DNA of 64,000 nucleotides from Ignavibacteriaceae bacterium (lineage in GTDB: Bacteria; Bacteroidota; Ignavibacteria; Ignavibacteriales; Ignavibacteriaceae): assembly GCA_030584105.1 (NCBI GenBank), contig CP129491.1, positions 2,186,503 through 2,250,502 of the forward strand, given 5' to 3'. Each line of letters starts with the position of its first letter. The stretch's first letter is position 1. The notes beneath the pieces are model-generated. The model saw only the letters and a program-made list of their open reading frames with translations. It searched no databases and was not told the DNA's origin. Made by a program: the position numbers and the translations under genes. Below are positions 36,563-43,822 of this stretch, piece after piece.

Positions 36563-37237
36563 CCCCCAAAACTTTTGGTAATTAAAAAACAATTCATTAT
36601 TTTGGCATAAACAACGGAAAAATTTAATGTGCCGCGCTCTTAGATCGTTCGTATTGCTCGTTTATTTCGCTGCCGGGTTGGTTGTTGCTACCGGCGAGGG
36701 ATTCCCCCGCTTTGACGACAATGTGATACTGAAATCGGAACAAGGCACACCCCGGACACAATACATCACCACCGCCCGGATTCCGCAACACATCACACCT
36801 GCTCCTGCTCCTCTGTTTGATGTGCATTCAGTTTCGGAGATAATCGTGCCACCGGCTACGATGGTGTTCACCGTTGCGCTTGATGAATCCGTTTCTATTT
36901 ATGAGGAACCGGCGGTTCTTCACCCGACAAATAAGGCGCCCCCTTCAGTCTGACCCTTTCGCTTAAATTTTAATTAATTTCAACTGCTGCCATCCGACGG
37001 AGTACACAACCATCTGTTTGAGTGTTCTGCCATCAGACGGGGTACTTAAGCAACCGACGGGATACACAATCACATCCGTGGAGTTTAGCGACCCCCTCAC
37101 CTGCGGAATATTTGCCCAAAGTTGAGGCTGCCGGTGAGCCACTTAAGGTTGTTCACCCAACGCTAAGGTTGTCGGTTCTTTCGGATTGCCGTTTTGCAGT
37201 TGATTGTTCCTAAAAATTTTAAACAAGGATCAGAACA

Positions 37238-37348
37238 ATGTCACAAGAAGAAAAAAAGGATAATTCATCCATTTTTGCGTTAGTTATGTTTAGTGTTCTT
37301 GGGCTTGGAGTTTTAGCACTCTTGCTGAAAGTTATTATCGGATTCTAA
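37238..37348 (+). CDS. 36-aa single-TM micro-protein (below the ORF-track size cutoff)
   Basis: MSQEEKKDNSSIFALVMFSVLGLGVLALLLKVIIGF, stop TAA at 37346. Confidence 0.4.
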   Translation: MSQEEKKDNSSIFALVMFSVLGLGVLALLLKVIIGF

Positions 37349-37361
37349 ACAGAGGTATTGC

Positions 37362-37487
37362 ATGAGTACCATTGCGCTCATTACAATGATCACTGCCTGG
37401 ACTGTGATAATCTCCCTGCTTTCATACTTCCTTTCGAAAGCAATGAGAACACAAAAAAAACCTCAACCGGAAGAGGAGGAAAGTTAA
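37362..37487 (+). CDS. 41-aa single-TM micro-protein (MetS-like small-subunit appearance)
   Basis: MSTIALITMITAWTVIISLLSYFLSKAMRTQKKPQPEEEES. It starts 13 nt after the previous stop and is followed directly by a strong terminator. Confidence 0.45.
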   Translation: MSTIALITMITAWTVIISLLSYFLSKAMRTQKKPQPEEEES

Positions 37488-37495
37488 TATGTGTT

Positions 37496-37527
37496 AAGCC
37501 CGGGTTTTTTATCAGCCCGGGCTTTTT
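37496..37527 (+). terminator. intrinsic terminator
   Basis: AAGCCCGGG (37496-37504) pairs with CCCGGGCTT (37515-37523), followed by TTTTT. Confidence 0.75.
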
Positions 37528-37669
37528 AATTTTTATCTTTTCCAACCGAAAATTTTCAGGAAGTGTCGGTGATTAAGGTTTTATAAGTAATTATTAGGGT
37601 ACCGATTGAAAATAACCCCCATTTTCCGCATATTGCAAACCGATTTTTTAAAATTTGCACACCGGAAAA

Positions 37670-38581
37670 ATGACGAATCTACACACCGAAAAACAAACAG
37701 GGGAAAAAACCACCAAAACCCCCGAAAAGCAAACAGGAAGAACAGCAACCATAATCGGAATCGGTCTGATTGGCGGATCACTTGCGCTTGACCTTAAAGA
37801 TTCCGGCTTCTGCAGCCATATTACAGGAGTGGAGGCAAACCCAGAACACGCCGCCGAAGCGAAAAAGCTCGGTTTGGTGGATGAAATTCTGCCCCTTAAA
37901 GATGCAGTTAAAAAATCGGAGCTGGTTATAATCGCTGTGCCGGTGGACGCTACCATCCCGGTGCTCAAAGCTGTGCTCGATGAAACTGAAAACCAAATAA
38001 TCACCGATGTAGGCTCAACCAAAGAGAAAATTGCAAAATCGGTGAAAGGGCACCCGAGGCGGGGCAGATTTGTTCCCTCGCACCCGATTTGGGGGACGGA
38101 GTTCAGCGGTCCCTCGGCGGCGGTGCGCGGCGGATTCAGTGGAAATGTTACCGTAATCTGCGATAAAAACGAGTGCGACCCCGACTCCCTCGCCGGAATT
38201 GAAGCTATGTACGACGCTATCGGCATGAAGAAAATCTATATGGATTCCGTCAGTCACGATGTGCACGCAGCCTATGTAAGTCACATTTCCCACGCCACTT
38301 CATTTTCGCTGGCGCTTTCAGTGCTCGAAAAGGAAAAGGAAGTGGATACGATCTTTCAGCTTGCGGGCGCGGGTTTCGAAAGCACAGTGAGACTGGCAAA
38401 AAGTAACCCGGAAACCTGGGTGCCGATCTTCATGGAGAACCGGGAAAACCTGCTGGATGTGCTGGAAGAACAAATTGAACGGCTGCTGGAAATGAAAGAA
38501 TGCCTGAGGCATAACGATACCAAACGGCTGAAATCACTTATGAAAAAAGCGAACGAAATTAAAAAAGTGCTGAAAAAGTGA
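37670..38581 (+). CDS. tyrA: prephenate dehydrogenase
   Basis: IIGIGLIGGSLALDL NAD motif, SHPIWGTE and SHISHATSF. ATG 37670 is preferred over TTG 37655. The N-terminal 25 aa are a low-complexity T/K/E/Q extension. Confidence 0.8.
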   Translation: MTNLHTEKQTGEKTTKTPEKQTGRTATIIGIGLIGGSLALDLKDSGFCSHITGVEANPEHAAEAKKLGLVDEILPLKDAVKKSELVIIAVPVDATIPVLKAVLDETENQIITDVGSTKEKIAKSVKGHPRRGRFVPSHPIWGTEFSGPSAAVRGGFSGNVTVICDKNECDPDSLAGIEAMYDAIGMKKIYMDSVSHDVHAAYVSHISHATSFSLALSVLEKEKEVDTIFQLAGAGFESTVRLAKSNPETWVPIFMENRENLLDVLEEQIERLLEMKECLRHNDTKRLKSLMKKANEIKKVLKK

Positions 38582-38654
38582 TTTTTTTAACCAAAAAATT
38601 AAAAAAAGGCGACAATTCCGCAAAAAATATCTTGTTTTGAATTAATCTATCACC

Positions 38655-38662
38655 TATATTTG
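38655..38662 (+). promoter_or_regulatory. candidate Bacteroidetes-type -7 box (TAnnTTTG)
   Basis: TATATTTG lies 7 nt before the leader-peptide ATG, and a TTTG element lies about 19 nt upstream. This would imply a leaderless or very short 5' UTR. Confidence 0.3.
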
Positions 38663-38668
38663 TACCCT

Positions 38669-38743
38669 ATGAACACGAAAAAAGCCACAAACTGCTACTT
38701 TTACTTTTACTGGTACTTTACCGGTCACGGGTGGCTGTTGTAG
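38669..38743 (+). promoter_or_regulatory. aromatic-amino-acid leader peptide ORF (24 codons) of a transcription attenuator
   Basis: ATG...TAG encodes MNTKKATNCYFYFYWYFTGHGWLL, with 8 consecutive Tyr/Phe/Trp codons. CGGGTGG (38728-38734) is complementary to CCACCCG (38778-38784), which overlaps the terminator 5' arm. Confidence 0.75.
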
Positions 38744-38779
38744 AATCGTGTCGTTTAAGATTAGAGATTTTAAGATACC

Positions 38780-38806
38780 ACCCGGCAAATTGAGCCGGGT
38801 TTTTTG
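38780..38806 (+). terminator. attenuator terminator upstream of DAHP synthase/chorismate mutase
   Basis: ACCCGGC-AAATTGA-GCCGGGT hairpin followed by TTTTTGTTTT. Confidence 0.75.
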
Positions 38807-38863
38807 TTTTAAACTAACTTTTTGACTAACATTAACAAACAGAAACACAAACAGACAAGCACA

Positions 38864-39916
38864 ATGGTACAGTTATTACAGAAAAAGCCCCTGATTATTT
38901 CGGGCCCTTGCAGTGCAGAAACTGAAGAACAAGTTATTGAAACAGCCACTCAACTGGCAAACACCGGCTTCGTGGATATTATGAGAGCCGGTATCTGGAA
39001 GCCCAGAACCCGTCCCGGCACATTCGAGGGCGTGGGAACCAAAGGGCTGCCGTGGTTGCAGCAGGCAAGAAAGATAACCGGCATTCCGCTTGCTGTCGAA
39101 GTGGCTACGAGCAAACAGGTGGAGGATGCACTTCACTTTGATGTTGATTTCCTCTGGATCGGTGCCCGCTCTGTTGTTAACCCGATGAGCGTCCAGGAGA
39201 TTGCAAACGCCCTGAAGGGAACAAAAGTGCCCGTTTTCATCAAAAACCCAATGAATCCCGATATCGAACTTTGGAGCGGCGCTGTCGAAAGAATTGCCAA
39301 CGCAGGCGTTGAAAATATCGGGCTGATTCACAGAGGCTTCAGCACATACGGGCATTTTGAGTACAGAAATGCTCCCATCTGGCACCTCGCTATCGAAATG
39401 AAAAGGCGCTATGCCGAGCTTAAAATGATCTGCGACCCTTCACACATCGCCGGCAGACGCGACCTCCTGAAAGCCGTGGCGCAGAAAGCGATCGACCTCG
39501 ATTTTGACGGGCTGATGATCGAAGTGCATAACGACCCTGACCATGCGTGGAGCGATGCAAAACAGCAAATTACCTCCTCGGCGCTTGTCGAAATGTTCGG
39601 GCAGTTAGTCTGGAGAAAAAGCGAAGTAAATCCCGAAGACGGGACGCAAATTGAGCAGTTCAGAAGCGAAATTGACCAAATTGACGACGAGTTGATGCAG
39701 CTTCTTTCGCAGCGGATGGAACTTTCGGCTAAAATTGGCGCCATTAAAAAAGAGCACAACATGACCATCCTGAGACCCGGCAGATGGAACGAAGTTTTCG
39801 AAAAAGGGATGAGGCTCGGCAAAAGACTGGGCTTAAGCCACGAGTTCCTCACCGGTTTCCTTGAAGCCGTTCACATGGAAAGCATCAACCACCAAAACCG
39901 CGTGATGAATGCGTGA
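38864..39916 (+). CDS. bifunctional DAHP synthase (type I-beta) / AroQ chorismate mutase
   Basis: LIISGPCSAE, GIWKPRTRPGTFEG and CDPSHIAGRRDL mark the DAHPS part. The C-terminal IDQIDDELMQLLSQRMELSAKIGAIK marks chorismate mutase. ATG 38864 is preferred over TTG 38822. Confidence 0.85.
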   Translation: MVQLLQKKPLIISGPCSAETEEQVIETATQLANTGFVDIMRAGIWKPRTRPGTFEGVGTKGLPWLQQARKITGIPLAVEVATSKQVEDALHFDVDFLWIGARSVVNPMSVQEIANALKGTKVPVFIKNPMNPDIELWSGAVERIANAGVENIGLIHRGFSTYGHFEYRNAPIWHLAIEMKRRYAELKMICDPSHIAGRRDLLKAVAQKAIDLDFDGLMIEVHNDPDHAWSDAKQQITSSALVEMFGQLVWRKSEVNPEDGTQIEQFRSEIDQIDDELMQLLSQRMELSAKIGAIKKEHNMTILRPGRWNEVFEKGMRLGKRLGLSHEFLTGFLEAVHMESINHQNRVMNA

Positions 39917-40035
39917 GGTGGGGGCTGCCGGTGACGAATGCGTGAAATGAGGGGCTGCCGGTGATGAATGCGTGAGGGGGGGCTGCCGGTGATAAATGCG
40001 TGAGGTGAGGGGCTGCCGGTGATGAATTGGTGCCG
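39902..40035. repeat. 28-30-bp tandem repeat, 4.5 copies, first copy contains the last codons and stop of the DAHPS/CM gene
   Basis: GTGATGAATGCGTGAGGTG(A)GGGGCTGCCG units lie between two convergent genes. Confidence 0.9.
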
Positions 40036-40052
40036 ATTGCCGCCTCAAGTTT

Positions 40053-41051
40053 TTACCGGCTTAACAATTCAATTAAGCTGCCCGTCCCAATCAGGTGGGC
40101 GGTGCCGACAACGATAAGATATTTTTTTGGAGCGGAAGCCGCAAGTTCTTCAATTTTCTGAGCCCATTTTTTGTTTCTGTCCAAAAGGAAGATGCGATTA
40201 AACTGATTATTTTGCGTCATCGGGTCATCGTCCAGAACCTTGCCAAACTCCGAGATGTTCCCGCTTTGGAATGCGGATAAAATATCGTCCAAATCCGAGG
40301 CTAACGAGTCGATTCTGTCAAAAATTGAAAGCGCCATTTCAAACTGCGTGTCATAATCCAGACTGTCGAACAGGCTGATTTGGAACTCGACCGTCTCGAA
40401 ACCGCCGGTAGGTTTATTGAATTTCTGCGCATAATCATAAACCTTGTACTCAGTGCCGGGTTCCGCCGCCACTTCCTGTTTCATAGCAGCCACCGACGCA
40501 GCAGAAAACGCACCGAAAATCGGTTTATAATGCTTCATCACGCTCCAAGCCAACCCTGCCTTTTTGAACCTTTCTTTCAGAATTTTAACCTTATCCGGCT
40601 CATAAATATCCTTTAGGGATTTGCCGTCCGGAAGCCTCATCAGCGGCAAAATCCTGAAAGTAAGTTGTGGGTCGGTCATATCCTTCATATCCACTTCAAA
40701 AAAAATTTCATCCGCCCACTCAATCAAACTTTTCACAGTATCGGAAAGCTCCATCCCCTTTGCAACATGAATGCTCCCCATAATCTGAAATGTCGCCGCC
40801 CCCTTTTTCACCGTAAACAAATAATCGGAAACTTTTGCGCTATCCCCCGGCTGTTGCGCCGCAATTTCCTCTTTTGATGCGTGTGTGCTGCCACCCGGCA
40901 GTTGTGCGATATTTTGCAGGGTGTCCAGATAATACGAGCCTTGCGCTTTTTCCCCATGCAGTTGCGCAGTAATTTGACCGGCTTGTCCCTGCGCGCTACA
41001 CGGAAGGCACAACAACAACAACAAAAGCGTAAATAATCTAAAAGTTTTCAT
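40053..41051 (-). CDS. TraB/GumN family protein, secreted
   Basis: Signal peptide MKTFRLFTLLLLLLCLPCSAQ, plus FQIMGSIHV, FLLDRNKKWAQKIEEL and LIVVGTAHLIG. Confidence 0.75.
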   Translation of the reverse strand: MKTFRLFTLLLLLLCLPCSAQGQAGQITAQLHGEKAQGSYYLDTLQNIAQLPGGSTHASKEEIAAQQPGDSAKVSDYLFTVKKGAATFQIMGSIHVAKGMELSDTVKSLIEWADEIFFEVDMKDMTDPQLTFRILPLMRLPDGKSLKDIYEPDKVKILKERFKKAGLAWSVMKHYKPIFGAFSAASVAAMKQEVAAEPGTEYKVYDYAQKFNKPTGGFETVEFQISLFDSLDYDTQFEMALSIFDRIDSLASDLDDILSAFQSGNISEFGKVLDDDPMTQNNQFNRIFLLDRNKKWAQKIEELAASAPKKYLIVVGTAHLIGTGSLIELLSR

Positions 41052-41438
41052 AACAATTTATCAATGGAAAATCAATTCTGTAAAAAAAATCTGCATTTAT
41101 GTTGGACACTGTATCCGTAAAAATTTATTCCGTTTTTGGAATTTTTTCGGTTAGATGCGACCTGTAAAAATTCCACAAACAAAGATAACTTTGCAGAATT
41201 AAAATAGAGCAAAAATAAAAGTTGCAAAAAAATCACCGGTAAATATACGCCAAAACAGCAATTCCACTTTTAAACAGAATATTGTTAGAATTTTTGCAAA
41301 ATAATCTTCAACCTCTTTTCGCATCCCTCGCTTGAGCCAAGATTTTTTCAGCTTTCAAAATGAAAATCTGTAAACGATTAATAACTTAACACAAAATTTC
41401 TAAAATTTGTTTATTGGATTTAAATTCAAATTTGTAAA

Positions 41439-41467
41439 TTGACAACCGTAATAATTTATTTTAAACT
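41439..41467 (+). promoter_or_regulatory. candidate sigma70-like promoter (TTGACA-N17-TAAACT)
   Basis: -35 at 41439-41444 and -10 at 41462-41467, about 19 nt before the TTG start of the HD gene. Confidence 0.3.
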
Positions 41468-41485
41468 TCGCAGGTTCTAACAGAG

Positions 41486-42778
41486 TTGACTTTAAAATTC
41501 CAATATGAAGTTCGTGATCCAATTTATGGATTTATACCTTTTACTGAATTAGAAAAGTTGGTTATAGAACAACCGGCTTTTCAAAGACTTAGAAGGATTT
41601 CCCAACTTGCGTTAACCCACTATGTTTACCCCGGTGCAACTCACACCAGGTTGTCACATTCTTTGGGGGTGATGCACACTGCATCTCTGATGTATCAATC
41701 GGTCGTTGAGTCAAGTGGTGAAGATTTAAAACGAGAGTTTTATTTTGATGACTCATCTCTAAGCAGAATGCATCAAATAGTTCGATTAGCCGCTTTGTTA
41801 CACGATATCGGGCATAGCCCTTTCTCTCATGCTTTAGAATCGGTTATGCCAAAAAACAAGAAGACGGGTGAACAGTATAAACATGAGGACTATACCATAG
41901 CAATTATTAATAAAATTATTGGAGATATTCCAAAAAATAGTCCTCATCAAATAAGCAAAGAATCGATTACCGATCTGATTGATCGAAAAGGGTTAGAACT
42001 AAAAAGTTTCGCTCTCTTCTTTAAATCGTTAATCTCGAGTCAGTTAGACGCTGATAGGGCTGATTATTTATTAAGAGATTCTTATCATTGTGGTGTGAAA
42101 TATGGCGTTTATGACCACCCAAGATTGGTTAATTCTATTACTTTAGGGTTTGATCAATATAATAACCCATTCATCGGAATAAAAGAGGAAAGTTGGCAAT
42201 TAGCTGAAAGTTTGGTCTTAGCCAGATATTGGATGCATTTTTATGTCTATCTTCATAAAACACGCAGAATTTTTGACTATCATTTAGAAGAAGCAGTCAA
42301 ATATATTTTTCAGGATAAAAATCTTCCTGCTCCTAGTTCTTTAAATAAATATATTGAATTAGATGATGGTAGTATCTGGGAAAAGTTAAAAAAGAATAAA
42401 AATAATGTTCATTGTAACGCGATTTTAAATAGAGATCATTTTAGGTTACTTTACTCTAACAGTAAGGTAGATTCTGATTATGAGAATACTAAATTCTCTA
42501 AAATTATTGATAAATTAGAAGAACAAAATATCGAGTATTTTATTGATTCTTTTTCATCAAATTTCTATAAAACTGAAACAGACAAAAAACCTGATAATGC
42601 GGATTCTTATTTCGACCCTAAAGAAATTTACATTGTTGATGCTGAAAGAAATATTACCCCTTTAGCTGAAAAATCAACTTTTTTATCAAAATTAACAAAG
42701 GAAATAAGTTTTAAAAACATTTATGTTGCCCCAAAGAACAAAAAAGAGGCAAAAAAAATAATTGGTGAACTAAAATGA
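41486..42778 (+). CDS. HD-domain (d)NTP triphosphohydrolase-like protein (COG1078 / SAMHD1-like)
   Basis: RDPIYGFI, FQRLRRISQL, THTRLSHSLGV, LAALLHDIGHSPFSH and QLDADRADYLLRDSYHCGV. TTG is the only in-frame start near the conserved N-terminus. Confidence 0.8.
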   Translation: MTLKFQYEVRDPIYGFIPFTELEKLVIEQPAFQRLRRISQLALTHYVYPGATHTRLSHSLGVMHTASLMYQSVVESSGEDLKREFYFDDSSLSRMHQIVRLAALLHDIGHSPFSHALESVMPKNKKTGEQYKHEDYTIAIINKIIGDIPKNSPHQISKESITDLIDRKGLELKSFALFFKSLISSQLDADRADYLLRDSYHCGVKYGVYDHPRLVNSITLGFDQYNNPFIGIKEESWQLAESLVLARYWMHFYVYLHKTRRIFDYHLEEAVKYIFQDKNLPAPSSLNKYIELDDGSIWEKLKKNKNNVHCNAILNRDHFRLLYSNSKVDSDYENTKFSKIIDKLEEQNIEYFIDSFSSNFYKTETDKKPDNADSYFDPKEIYIVDAERNITPLAEKSTFLSKLTKEISFKNIYVAPKNKKEAKKIIGELK

Positions 42779-43269
42779 AATACAACTATAAAGTGCAATA
42801 TCTTAAAGAGTTAATTAATTTTTTACAGGCTAATGACCCTTCTGGTGAAATTGGCAGAACGAAAGTTCAAAAATTATTATTTATTCTTGATCAAAAATAT
42901 AACTTAGGATTTAACTTCACCCTTTATCATTACGGGCCTTACAGTTGGGATGTATCACACCTTCTTCAGTTTGCTGTTAATCAAGAGCTAATTACTGAAG
43001 TATGGAACCAAGCAACAGGTTATAAAATATCGCCGACTAATAATTTGGATAATGTTGAAACGGAAGAAGGGATCAAAGAAAATATCGAAAACACTATCTC
43101 CGGTTTTTTAAAGTACAATGTTAAAGATTTAGCAATTATAGCTACCGGACTGTTAATTCGTGAGGGGACAAAAAAGAATTTGGACGAAATCGCTCAGATG
43201 GTTCATAATATAAAACCGGGTTCTGATCTCAATAAAATTAAATCTCTTCTTAACGAACAGATTACATGA
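42775..43269 (+). CDS. Panacea/SocA-like (DUF4065, YwgA-like) small protein
   Basis: ATGA overlap with the HD gene. GRTKVQKLLFILDQKY...LYHYGPYSWDV fits the T.KLQKLLY...GP pattern of the Panacea domain, as recalled from memory. Confidence 0.5.
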   Translation: MKYNYKVQYLKELINFLQANDPSGEIGRTKVQKLLFILDQKYNLGFNFTLYHYGPYSWDVSHLLQFAVNQELITEVWNQATGYKISPTNNLDNVETEEGIKENIENTISGFLKYNVKDLAIIATGLLIREGTKKNLDEIAQMVHNIKPGSDLNKIKSLLNEQIT

Positions 43270-43822
43270 TCCGGAAAGAATGAAGATTGCGGAGAGTTTT
43301 GTGTTATTTAAATGGGAGTACGAAGTGGTCCTTCGGATGCGAGTTTTTCATAACCGAGATTTTCTGCGATTTCTGATTCTCTCATTGCCTCGAGAGAATT
43401 TTTTATCAGGTTGTTAATCACATTATCATTATCCCTTAGGCGGGCTTCTGCTTTAATTCGTCTCGGTGGCGATGTTTGTTAATTACACCATTATTCTCTC
43501 TCAGTTTTTCATGGGTTTTTGCCCGTATAAATTCTTTTTGAAATTGGTCAATAACAACATGTGTAAGTTTAATGGTAGTTTTTCTTAAAAATTGATACTG
43601 TGTGCAATAACAAGAAAATAAGGGTAGATACTCCCCACCTACAATCCGAATTTTAAACCAATTACATAATATCCTGAACAGTCTCAAATTTCCTGCATTC
43701 CCTCCTACAATCCAAAAAAAATTCACACTTGAGAAATTATCACACAACTTTCCTTCATTTTTTTATTCCTAATAAAACACTAAATTAAACTTAATTAATT
43801 GCATTTTAAAAGGTTACATAAC

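Noticed and set aside
36624-37213. Several 63-108-aa ORFs on both strands
   Set aside because: They overlap each other, have no motifs, signal peptide or RBS that I could support, and are left unannotated. The region may be non-coding or hold a lineage-specific gene.
37358-37576. 72-aa ORF from the track
   Set aside because: It overlaps the 41-codon TM micro-ORF in another frame and runs through the terminator hairpin at 37496-37527. The micro-ORF plus terminator arrangement is more coherent.
43436-43747. 103-aa minus-strand ORF
   Set aside because: It has no motifs, reads through a duplicated DNA motif (twice IVGG), and continues only by frame-switching. It is treated as a remnant at best.
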